From IMG/VR virus record IMGVR_UViG_3300021509_000003: a DNA stretch of 40,145 nt; one strand, given 5' to 3'. Position numbers and translations under genes: made by a program. This document shows, one piece after another, positions 17,320-24,988 of the stretch. Positions within the stretch are counted from its first letter, which is position 1. Each line of letters opens with the position of its first letter. The notes under the pieces are model-generated. The model did not search any database and had not been told where the DNA came from. It saw nothing but the letters and a program-made list of their open reading frames with translations. The stretch is from a virus.

Positions 17320-17922
17320 CTATCTAATCTTGCCTTTTACTTCCACCACAATTTTTTTATATTTTTTTGTAGGTAATGCCTGTATTTTTTGCCAAAACTG
17401 CGATAAAGCTTCTTCCTGTAGATGTATTGGTAAATTATCAGTTATAACAGGTATATATTTACCTTCTCGACAATAACTTTGTAATAACTCTAATACCTCT
17501 TTTTTAAGAATTTGACGCACTATTGGTATAGTTTTTCCACTCTTATCAGCCAAAATTGTGGCTAAGCGAAACTCAAGTGCAAGTAAACTTTGTTTAAATT
17601 CACTTGCACGGGTAGCCCATTCCATTTCTATTTTTTCACGCTCAACATATTTACCCCTTAATGCTTCAAGCTCCAGTTTTTCTTTTTCTAACTTAATCAA
17701 ATTGAGAGCATCTTTTATTTTTGAACTATCAGCTCGTTTTTTAATACCAAAGTTTTCTTCAAAACAGCGAATTATATCAGGCAAGTAATATTTACTCCCA
17801 TCCTGCCTAATCTTTTGCCTCCATTTACCAAGCCAATCCCGGATAGTGCGGTCAGAACGATTAAAAGCAAGAGCAAGTTGCGGCACAGTTAGAAAAAGAC
17901 TTTTAAATAATCTTGCCACCAT
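17320..17922 (-). CDS. Putative terminase small subunit
   Basis: N-terminal HTH LTVPQLALAFNRSDRTIRDWL, then coiled coil; ends 3 nt before the large terminase start. Confidence 0.5.
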   Translation of the reverse strand: MVARLFKSLFLTVPQLALAFNRSDRTIRDWLGKWRQKIRQDGSKYYLPDIIRCFEENFGIKKRADSSKIKDALNLIKLEKEKLELEALRGKYVEREKIEMEWATRASEFKQSLLALEFRLATILADKSGKTIPIVRQILKKEVLELLQSYCREGKYIPVITDNLPIHLQEEALSQFWQKIQALPTKKYKKIVVEVKGKIR

Positions 17923-18471
17923 TTATTTCTCCCATTTAAATCCACATTTTGGACATTGAATAAAATTCTTCTTTTTTTCTTCTTTTTCTTCTTGTCTTTT
18001 TTCATTTTCTTTATTCTTATCTAAAACTTCATCTACAAAATAAGTATTATAAAAATTTTCAAAATCAAAATCAGGAATAGATAATTGGAGAAGTAATTTA
18101 TCTATATCAACATCATGTTCATAGATAAATTTATATAATCCCTCATCAGATATCTTTCCAAAACAACTATTTAAAAGAAGCAACTTTTCAGCCGCTTCCT
18201 GTTCATTGGCCGCTTCAATTTCCACAACTGGAATTTTGTCAATTGTGTAGCCTTCTTCAAGAAGCTTGCGCACAATAAAAAGCCGTTGGTGACCATCCAA
18301 AATATTGTTTTGCCAAACAAAAACAGGAAAGCTAAATCCATAGTCCAAAATAGCCTGCTTCAATTTTTTAAACTCTTCTTCGCCAAGTTCTTTAAGATTG
18401 CCTTGAAAATCTTTAAGTTTATTTATGGGAATATATTTTTGACTTTTACATGTAATCTTAATTTTTTTCAT
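17923..18471 (-). CDS. ParB N-terminal (nuclease-like) domain protein with C-terminal zinc ribbon
   Basis: ParB/Srx-type motif ILDGHQRL; C-terminal CPKCGFKW. Confidence 0.55.
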   Translation of the reverse strand: MKKIKITCKSQKYIPINKLKDFQGNLKELGEEEFKKLKQAILDYGFSFPVFVWQNNILDGHQRLFIVRKLLEEGYTIDKIPVVEIEAANEQEAAEKLLLLNSCFGKISDEGLYKFIYEHDVDIDKLLLQLSIPDFDFENFYNTYFVDEVLDKNKENEKRQEEKEEKKKNFIQCPKCGFKWEK

Positions 18472-18579
18472 AACCGATTATCTCTGTTTGGTAATTACAT
18501 TTTTGGATTTCAAACTCGGTCAAACTGTGAACCGGGGCGATCCGTATCAGGGAGTTTTCTAGGAAGGACCCAAAATTTT

Positions 18580-19185
18580 TTATTTTTTGTTTGTATAATA
18601 ATGATAACTGTGCCACCATTGATTTATAAATGTCTTTTCTGTTTTTTCTTTTATAATTGGCCAAATCCGGCGGTTTTGAAATAGCTTAGATATAGTTATG
18701 CCAGTCGCTTTCAGTTCTACAATAGGCGTCCGTTTTTTCCCTTTTCTTCTAAATACTCTTTGGCCTAACCAAGATCCTGCTTTCACCATGCGATAAATCC
18801 ATTTACCAGTTTTCATCTTTCTGACTCTTATAGGTAAATATCCACCAATAAATGCACTTTTTATAAATGTTCTTTTACTTCCTTTTTTTATCTTGACCGT
18901 AACTCCTTTTTTTATTTGTCTTGGAGCAAAATATTTAAAAGGAATGGGACCACCTATTATTGTCAATGCAGCTTCAAAATTCCCTCGTGTTGCTTTTTTT
19001 ATAGTTGCTGCCTTTTTAACATCTCCGGCTTTAATATTATATTGTTTGCGAATTTCTTTACTTCCGGTGGTAAACATAGTTTTAGCGGCTCTATTCAAAG
19101 CCGCTACTGTTGCTTGATTAACTGCCCAAGGATTCATTAAAGCTTCTGCAGTAGATATATTTTTTATTTTTAATTCTAAAAACAT
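18580..19185 (-). CDS. Hypothetical basic protein
   Basis: 201-aa Lys/Arg-rich ORF; no recognisable motif. Confidence 0.4.
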   Translation of the reverse strand: MFLELKIKNISTAEALMNPWAVNQATVAALNRAAKTMFTTGSKEIRKQYNIKAGDVKKAATIKKATRGNFEAALTIIGGPIPFKYFAPRQIKKGVTVKIKKGSKRTFIKSAFIGGYLPIRVRKMKTGKWIYRMVKAGSWLGQRVFRRKGKKRTPIVELKATGITISKLFQNRRIWPIIKEKTEKTFINQWWHSYHYYTNKK

Positions 19186-19700
19186 TTCTCTACGAAAAAT
19201 ACATGTTGACCAATTATTTTAGTCATTCGCATCCCTTTTATCCATTCAGGCATAGCCCAATAAGTTGCGATATAATGTGTGGCTCCTGTTGTAATATCTT
19301 GGCATCCTTTCATAACTGCTAGTGCACACGTATAACAATCAAACAGTGCCCCTTCTCCTAATAATGTTTTATCAAGCCGATTAAAAATTTCTTCTGTAAA
19401 TTTCTGCTCTTCTTTTTTTCGCTGTATAGGTGGGAGTGACTCCTTAAAATATTCAATTTTTTTTGCAATGCGTTCTAATAACTCCCTATTTGGGTCCCCA
19501 GGATTAAAACAGCTAAATTGATAAGGTTTAAGAATTTCAATTTTGTAATTTGTCTTATTTTTCATAACTCTATTTCTAACCACGCAGCCAACAGCTAAAC
19601 GGCCACAATGATCTAATCCTCTAGCTTCTCCAAAGATAACAAGGGTCAAAAGTTCTAATTCATTTAATTTATCTAACATTTTGTCCCCCTTTTTCCCCAA
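19176..19700 (-). CDS. SleB-like cell wall hydrolase (endolysin candidate)
   Basis: LTLVIFGEARGLDHCGRLAVGCVVRNRV ... YQFSCFNPGDP matches the SleB/CwlJ hydrolase signature. No signal peptide. Confidence 0.55.
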   Translation of the reverse strand: MGKKGDKMLDKLNELELLTLVIFGEARGLDHCGRLAVGCVVRNRVMKNKTNYKIEILKPYQFSCFNPGDPNRELLERIAKKIEYFKESLPPIQRKKEEQKFTEEIFNRLDKTLLGEGALFDCYTCALAVMKGCQDITTGATHYIATYWAMPEWIKGMRMTKIIGQHVFFVEKCF

Positions 19701-19915
19701 TACATTGTAATTATTTTATTTTTCCCTTCATCTACTTTAAATATTAAATTGTGTTCGACATTCCAATAAATAGCTGGTACACACAAATCATTTGGCACAA
19801 CACGGTAAAATTGAACTTTAAATGATTGTTTAATTAGTTGCTCAATTTCTTTTTGAGTAGGCCGATAACCAGTAAAATCAATCCATTTTTTAATAAAATA
19901 CCTACTTAATCGCAT
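19673..19915 (-). CDS. Hypothetical protein
   Basis: 80-aa ORF. Confidence 0.35.
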   Translation of the reverse strand: MRLSRYFIKKWIDFTGYRPTQKEIEQLIKQSFKVQFYRVVPNDLCVPAIYWNVEHNLIFKVDEGKNKIITMYWGKRGTKC

Positions 19916-19917
19916 TT

Positions 19918-20247
19918 TTAACTCATCACTTCTTTAATAATCCATTGTTTTTTCTTTTTTTGAGCAAGAATAAATTTAAACCAAGGAAACATCTTTGCAG
20001 CTACTTTCAATTTTACCATTGCATCTTCACGAATAAATCCACCTTTTACTTCGTGAATTTCAAAATGTCCTGGAAATACTACTAGAAAATCAGGCTTATA
20101 ATAGGTTTTGCCTGCCAGTTTCAAGCTAAATGGTTCATATTTCCAATCCAATATTTCCCCGGCTTTTTTGCGCAATTCAAGCTCTTTGGCATATTCTATC
20201 TCGGTTTTATTCATTGCCCTATCTGTGACATGAACAATGGGACGCAT
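19918..20247 (-). CDS. PD-(D/E)xK nuclease, VRR-NUC-like
   Basis: YKPDFLVVFPGHFEIHEVKGG carries the D...E.K catalytic pattern of small VRR-NUC nucleases. Confidence 0.45.
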   Translation of the reverse strand: MRPIVHVTDRAMNKTEIEYAKELELRKKAGEILDWKYEPFSLKLAGKTYYKPDFLVVFPGHFEIHEVKGGFIREDAMVKLKVAAKMFPWFKFILAQKKKKQWIIKEVMS

Positions 20248-20314
20248 TATCGTTCAACTCCTATCCTAAAAACTGTTTCTTCATCTGTAGGAATGTATTT
20301 TTCAAATTCATGTT

Positions 20315-20623
20315 TCAAATAGTTTCCAATTTCTTTAAATTTTTTAAATATAATTTTTCCTGAAACATAATATGGTTCATAATACTCCCAATTTCTTGAG
20401 TAGCTTTCTTGGCCTCATTCACACTTTGTAGAGAAACCGTCTGTATTTCAATCTCATTAAAAGGTTTTTTGCCTTCAAGTTTATAGGTATCTTCTAAAGA
20501 TTTTCCTTGCACTATTTCCCGATGAACTGGAATATCCACTTTAATTTCTGCCTCTGTTTCAATATAGATATAGATGACAATACCATTTTTTTCCCTTATA
20601 ACCTCAAATTTTTTTACCTGCAT
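20315..20623 (-). CDS. Hypothetical protein
   Basis: Trimmed to internal ATG (MQVKKFEV) because the upstream part of the track ORF is better explained by the Zn-ribbon ORF in another frame. Confidence 0.4.
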   Translation of the reverse strand: MQVKKFEVIREKNGIVIYIYIETEAEIKVDIPVHREIVQGKSLEDTYKLEGKKPFNEIEIQTVSLQSVNEAKKATQEIGSIMNHIMFQEKLYLKNLKKLETI

Positions 20624-20780
20624 TTTGTCTTTCCTCTTCCTCGTATAATTTTCTCCAACATTCCCAGGAACATGTGCCTTTGCTTGGAACTTTCTTCCCA
20701 CATACAGGACACTTATAACCCTTTTTTCTGCGACCCATTACTATTCGGTCGTAACTTCCATGAATTCTAACTTTTCTCAT
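20604..20780 (-). CDS. Small zinc-ribbon protein, 58 aa (below the ORF-track cutoff)
   Basis: MRKVRIHGSYDRIVMGRRKKGYKCPVCGKKVPSKGTCSWECW...; its ATG overlaps the upstream stop as ATGA. Confidence 0.4.
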   Translation of the reverse strand: MRKVRIHGSYDRIVMGRRKKGYKCPVCGKKVPSKGTCSWECWRKLYEEEERQNAGKKI

Positions 20781-21667
20781 TTTTTCTCGTCTCCTAAAGA
20801 AACTAACGAAGATTTATTTTTTTCTAAAAATGCTATTTTTTCTCTTAATTTTTCAGCTTCTTCTTTGTAGCCTGAATCATATGAATATTTTTCCAACATT
20901 TTCAGCCTTTGCCTCATTGCTTCAATTTTAGCCTCAGAACTTATTTTTGATTTGGTAGGAGGTGATTTATTATTTTTTCTCTTAATCCAGTTTAGTAAAG
21001 TAGCATAATGTGATTTATATTTTTTTCCTTTACTTGCTATATACGCACCTAACTCTTCTATTGCCTCATCAACTATTTGTTTATCAAAACGAGATTGCAA
21101 TTTTTGATATTCTTTTTCAGTTAATTTTACATTTTTAAATTCAGATAAATATAAGCAAGCGTGAGAATCCATGCTTGCGTCAGGTTTTTGTCCTTCAAAA
21201 TCTTCTGAAAGGCTTTTTTCTTCTTTCTTTTTTATTTCTTTCTTCTTTTTATATTTAACTTTAACTTCTACTTTAATATTCCAAAGGGTTTGGCAATGCT
21301 TTAAAAGCCTTTGAAAGCCTTTGAAAGCCTTTATACTATCTGGGGCTTCTTCAAGCTCTTTTTTTACTGCCTTAATCATATTAGGATTAAGGCTTTGATA
21401 TTTAGGATAATTAGGCAAAATAATAAATCCTTCATAATAAAAAACTTTTTCATCTTTCTCAAATCTTTTGATAATTTTTAAAATCATTTCTTTATCTATA
21501 CCTGTATCAAATGCGATGCGTTTTAAAGAAATTTCATAAAAACCACTAATGCGACTTAACGGATTGGTGAGAAAATATAAAAAAAGCAATTTCTCAATAG
21601 GGTCTAAATTAACTATATAATTATCATCCCAAAAATGAGATGATACATATCTTTTTACATAGCTCAT
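20777..21667 (-). CDS. Putative replication initiation/replisome organiser protein (DnaD-like)
   Basis: N-terminal winged-helix-like region LLFLYFLTNPLSRISGFYEISLKRIAFDTGI and Lys-rich linker; contains internal 10-bp tandem repeats. Confidence 0.45.
   Translation of the reverse strand: MSYVKRYVSSHFWDDNYIVNLDPIEKLLFLYFLTNPLSRISGFYEISLKRIAFDTGIDKEMILKIIKRFEKDEKVFYYEGFIILPNYPKYQSLNPNMIKAVKKELEEAPDSIKAFKGFQRLLKHCQTLWNIKVEVKVKYKKKKEIKKKEEKSLSEDFEGQKPDASMDSHACLYLSEFKNVKLTEKEYQKLQSRFDKQIVDEAIEELGAYIASKGKKYKSHYATLLNWIKRKNNKSPPTKSKISSEAKIEAMRQRLKMLEKYSYDSGYKEEAEKLREKIAFLEKNKSSLVSLGDEKK
21304..21333. repeat. Three tandem 10-bp repeats (aaagcctttg) inside the replication gene; iteron-like origin candidate
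   Basis: aaagcctttg x2 then aaagccttta, read directly. Confidence 0.6.
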
Positions 21668-21678
21668 TTTTTACCCCA

Positions 21679-22428
21679 TTAATCAGAATATGGCATAATC
21701 CGCCCATATTTTTCACTTCCTTTAAAATCAGTGTTAGGGGACATTTCCTTTTTTTGTTGTTTATCCATTGCCTTCCCGTCTGTCCGACAGGTAATCCCTA
21801 GCGACTTCTTTATTTCCCACACTATCTGTGTCTCTAGCGACCTTAGTTCTTCAGCTGCTTTCTGTTCTAACTTCTCGAATGTCTCCGGGGATACGCTAAA
21901 ATCAACCCAAATCCGATATTTACTTACAGCAGGTCCTTGTTTTCGCTGTATAGGTGGTAATTGGCCCCTCTTTTTCAACCTTTCATAACAAGCAGCGCAA
22001 AGCCCTCTAGCCTTATGGGTCTTTCTCCGCCCACATTCTGCACAAATTACTATTTTCTTACTTTCTGCCATTATCTTCTCCTTTCTCTTATAAACTTCTT
22101 CACAGAGCACTTTCCACTCTGTGCAATCTTCACATACCCCAGGCATAGGAAATATATTAGGGTTTGTCCATTGGCCAATTTCTTTCAGCCTGGGCCTTTT
22201 TCTGTTTGCCTCACATTGTTTAGGACTAATCCGTCCTAAACCATGCGGGCATATGAAAGTATTGGCCTCTAGCCAACGTATCTTATCTTCGTCAACCTGC
22301 CCAACTCCTGAACCACTTCTTGGCGGGTTAGATGTATCTAAATTTCCTTTTATTGGTTGATATCCTTTTTCTCTCTTATATTTCTTTGCTTTCCCCAAAG
22401 GATGCTGCTCTTTACTCAATTCAATCAT
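21679..22428 (-). CDS. Cys-rich hypothetical protein (multiple CxxC pairs)
   Basis: 249-aa ORF with CEDC, CAEC and CAAC pairs; basic. Confidence 0.4.
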   Translation of the reverse strand: MIELSKEQHPLGKAKKYKREKGYQPIKGNLDTSNPPRSGSGVGQVDEDKIRWLEANTFICPHGLGRISPKQCEANRKRPRLKEIGQWTNPNIFPMPGVCEDCTEWKVLCEEVYKRKEKIMAESKKIVICAECGRRKTHKARGLCAACYERLKKRGQLPPIQRKQGPAVSKYRIWVDFSVSPETFEKLEQKAAEELRSLETQIVWEIKKSLGITCRTDGKAMDKQQKKEMSPNTDFKGSEKYGRIMPYSD

Positions 22429-22525
22429 AATAATTCATCATATCTCCAAGCATCCAAAAGAAATGCCCAGAAAATTTGTTTAATTACCTTTTTTAATTGA
22501 GAGGCCCCCTCCCTTTTTGGGTTCA

Positions 22526-22717
22526 TTATGAAACCTCTTTCCTTCCAAATTCCTTAAGAATGCACTCCATATAATAGAGTGCTCCCATGATTCCTAATTC
22601 CCTTTGTTTAGGTAGTTTTTTTTCTAGCTCTAATTCCTTCTCTAACTTTTCATGCCACTCTCTTTTTTTTCTCTCCCATATTTCTTTGCTTTCCCCAAAA
22701 ATTGCTTTTTTCTTCAT
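22526..22717 (-). CDS. Hypothetical small protein
   Basis: 63-aa ORF. Confidence 0.3.
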   Translation of the reverse strand: MKKKAIFGESKEIWERKKREWHEKLEKELELEKKLPKQRELGIMGALYYMECILKEFGRKEVS

Positions 22718-22731
22718 TTCTACTTTTTTAG

Positions 22732-22817
22732 CGGAGGGGGCAGGATTTGAACCTGCAGAGTTTTTAAAAACTCGTGGTTCTCAAGACCACTGCTTTAAAC
22801 CACTCGGCCACCCCTCC
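22732..22817 (-). tRNA. tRNA-Ser (anticodon UGA), type II with long variable arm; CCA not encoded
   Basis: Manual fold: acceptor GGAGGGG/CCCCTCC, anticodon stem GTGGT/ACCAC with loop CTTGAGA, variable arm GAGTTTTTAAAAACTC, T-arm GCAGG-TTCAAAT-CCTGC, discriminator G. D-stem is weak (GCC/AGC). Confidence 0.8.
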
Positions 22818-22849
22818 CTTTTTGTCTTTCTTTAAAAATTTTAAAATAT

Positions 22850-23137
22850 TCATTTTGAACTTATTTCTTCTAATTCTAGTATTTCCTCCCTTTTTTTCTT
22901 ATGTAAAGCACAATACCCTCCGCCATATCGCATGCTTATTCGACAACCCACGCAATCTTTCACTTCTTTGTTAAATTGAATCCATTGAGCTTCAATTAAC
23001 TTTTTAAGTATTAAAGTTATGGCATCTATCCTCTTTTCCAACTCGTTTATTTTTTCTTGAATCTCCATTTTTTTTCCTTTACCTATAAAATAATCAACAC
23101 CAAAAAAAAGAACACTGCCCAAAAAACAACACTCCAT
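22850..23137 (-). CDS. Small zinc-binding protein
   Basis: 95 aa with coiled coil and C-terminal CVGC...C..H cluster. Confidence 0.4.
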   Translation of the reverse strand: MECCFLGSVLFFGVDYFIGKGKKMEIQEKINELEKRIDAITLILKKLIEAQWIQFNKEVKDCVGCRISMRYGGGYCALHKKKREEILELEEISSK

Positions 23138-23187
23138 AAAATTGCCCTAAACACTCCCATTTTCTTTTCCTATTTGTATTTTAAAAT

Positions 23188-23222
23188 GGGCCGGTATTTT
23201 CTAACCCGACAACCCCCGGCCC
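23188..23222 (-). terminator. GC hairpin downstream of gene 23239-23760
   Basis: Inverted repeat GGGCCGG (23188-23194) and CCGGCCC (23216-23222); A/U-rich sequence follows on the minus-strand RNA. Confidence 0.35.
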
Positions 23223-23238
23223 CTGGGCGGCTAAGAGT

Positions 23239-23760
23239 TTAAGGAGGTGTAGGTATGCCAGCCAACTTTTGTCCTTTATTTTTCCTTAATGCTTCCACCA
23301 TAAGCCATAATTTTGTTAAAGCAGTTAATGCCTCGTAATATTCTTTTTCAAACTGTTTGCTTTCGGCATTAGAAACATTTCCATCTGCTACTACCTCAAC
23401 AAACTTATTCAGACACTCAGTGCTCTCTTTGAGTGCCTGGCTAACAAGTATTAAAGCTTTCTTATCCACTTTCCCTTCTATTTTGGGCTGTGGCACTAAA
23501 AGAAATCCGGCTTGATTAACTAAATATTCCAAAACTTCTTTTCCAACTTGTTTAGTCAAATAAGGCAAAAGAAAAGCAGGCAAATTATTGAAAGGATTTT
23601 CAGGATTGAGCCATTTATACATAGTATCTGGGCGAATGCCCAGGTGGGAAGCTACTCCATTGATTGGTAATCTTTTCAAATAGAAAACATCATTTAAAAA
23701 CCGCTTGAATTGTCTTGACCATTCTACATGATCCCAATTAATGTAGCGGATATTACCCAT
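23239..23760 (-). CDS. HTH DNA-binding regulatory protein
   Basis: INGVASHLGIRPDTMYKWL HTH near the N-terminus; overlaps the Cro-like gene by 8 nt. Confidence 0.4.
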   Translation of the reverse strand: MGNIRYINWDHVEWSRQFKRFLNDVFYLKRLPINGVASHLGIRPDTMYKWLNPENPFNNLPAFLLPYLTKQVGKEVLEYLVNQAGFLLVPQPKIEGKVDKKALILVSQALKESTECLNKFVEVVADGNVSNAESKQFEKEYYEALTALTKLWLMVEALRKNKGQKLAGIPTPP

Positions 23761-23986
23761 TATCTACTTCCTTGTGAAATTTGGATTTATGATAACAATT
23801 TTTTCTGGTAATCTTTTGTAAAAGATGAGGAAAATCTTGTGGTGATGCCCAAAATTCCAATGGAAATTCAGAAATCATTGCAAGTTTTCGAGCAACAGTG
23901 AGGGATGGTTTCTTGCGGTTGTGCAAAATATCATTTAAATGCTGGGGTGTTATCCCAGCTTTTAATGCTATGTCTTTTTGTTTCAT
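23753..23986 (-). CDS. Cro-like XRE-family HTH regulator
   Basis: DIALKAGITPQHLNDILHNRKKPSLTVARKLAMI is an XRE HTH; divergent from the repressor gene. Start lies 10 bp from the -10 hexamer, so the mRNA is probably leaderless. Confidence 0.6.
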   Translation of the reverse strand: MKQKDIALKAGITPQHLNDILHNRKKPSLTVARKLAMISEFPLEFWASPQDFPHLLQKITRKNCYHKSKFHKEVDNG

Positions 23987-23995
23987 TGTAAAATG

Positions 23996-24035
23996 ATTAT
24001 ACAGCTATTAGTTTAATTTGTCAAGGGGGAAATTA
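23996..24035 (-). promoter_or_regulatory. Perfect consensus sigma70-type promoter on the minus strand (copy 1 of a 40-bp exact repeat)
   Basis: Minus strand reads TTGACA (plus 24019-24024), 17-nt spacer, TATAAT (plus 23996-24001). Identical 40-mer at 28110-28149. Confidence 0.6.
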
Positions 24036-24049
24036 TACTAAAAGGGGAA

Positions 24050-24784
24050 TTGCAAATTAATATAGCTAGAGATTATATTGAAAATGTGAAAAAAAGAAAA
24101 AGATACTCATTGACATATCAATATTGGCTAGCTGCTTTCAAAAAAGAAATTAAAAAAAGACCACGAGGATTTCAAAAAGAATTAGCAAAACGATTACATA
24201 AAACAGCAGTACATATCAATGATATTCTGGGGCAAAGAAAAGGAGCCTCTTTAGAATTACAAGAAAAAATTGCTCAAGATCTTGGTTATTCATATAAAGA
24301 AATGATAGAAATAGGAAAACAAATTTTAGAAGAAGCAAACTTTCAACCTATTTGTTATGAAACTATCTATTTAAAAACAGAAAAAAGACCAAAAGAAAAA
24401 ATAGGGCAACGACTAAAACAAGCTAGATTAGCATTAAACCTCACCCAAAAACAATTTGCGGAACGCTTAGGACTTAAATGGCATCAAATTAAAGATATGG
24501 AATCAGGGAAGCTATTAATTAAGCCAGAAATAGCTGAACAAATAGAAAAAATTTTCTCTATAAATTTTCGTTGGCTTTTAATAGGTGAAAATGAAATGTT
24601 TTTGAAACCAGAAATTAGAGAACCTAAAGCACTTTATAAAACATTAAAAAATGATAGAGATATTGTTACTGAAAAAATAATAACCATGCTTCAAGACATG
24701 TCAGATGAGCAAAAACGAGAGATTCTACGGTATATTGAAGAAAAGAAACTTTTAACAGACTTGCTAAAAGAACGCAGGAAATAG
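24050..24784 (+). CDS. Repressor-like protein with two XRE-type HTH domains
   Basis: Two HTH units: ELAKRLHKTAVHINDILGQRKGASLELQEKIAQDLG and IGQRLKQARLALNLTQKQFAERLGLKWHQIKDMESG. No in-frame ATG near the 5' end, so start is TTG at 24050 or GTG at 24089. Confidence 0.55.
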   Translation: MQINIARDYIENVKKRKRYSLTYQYWLAAFKKEIKKRPRGFQKELAKRLHKTAVHINDILGQRKGASLELQEKIAQDLGYSYKEMIEIGKQILEEANFQPICYETIYLKTEKRPKEKIGQRLKQARLALNLTQKQFAERLGLKWHQIKDMESGKLLIKPEIAEQIEKIFSINFRWLLIGENEMFLKPEIREPKALYKTLKNDRDIVTEKIITMLQDMSDEQKREILRYIEEKKLLTDLLKERRK

Positions 24785-24860
24785 AATTAAATGTGGGTGG
24801 GTACATTTTGGGTACAAAATTGCCTCTATTTTTCACTTTATTGCTTTTTTTTGCTTCTTA

Positions 24861-24889
24861 TTGACATTTATTAAAATACTTACTACACT
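24861..24889 (+). promoter_or_regulatory. Sigma70-like promoter (TTGACA-17-TACACT) pointing into the tRNA-like att segment
   Basis: TTGACA at 24861-24866, 17-nt A/T-rich spacer, TACACT at 24884-24889. Confidence 0.35.
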
Positions 24890-24904
24890 TAAAAAATATG
24901 ATTT

Positions 24905-24946
24905 GGAGAGATGCCCGAGAGGCCGAAGGGGCACGACTGGAAATCG
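24905..24946 (+). other. attP candidate: 5' half of a type II tRNA (Ser, anticodon GGA)
   Basis: Acceptor GGAGAGA, TG, D-arm CCC-GAGAGGCCGAA-GGG, anticodon stem CACGA, loop CTGGAAA, then TCG; tRNA-likeness ends there. No T-arm or 3' acceptor strand. About 40 bp past the integrase stop. Confidence 0.45.
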
Positions 24947-24988
24947 GCTAGAAAAGTTAATAATAATAAATATTTTAGGAGATAGTGG

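Noticed and set aside
18458-18664. Track ORF 18458-18664 (68 aa)
   Set aside because: Overlaps the ends of two better-supported genes and the intergenic region; no motif or RBS support.
23255-23338. 27-aa plus-strand ORF with a perfect AAGGAGGT RBS
   Set aside because: Very short, antisense to the 3' end of gene 23239-23760, no recognisable features; the RBS-like string is plausibly chance.
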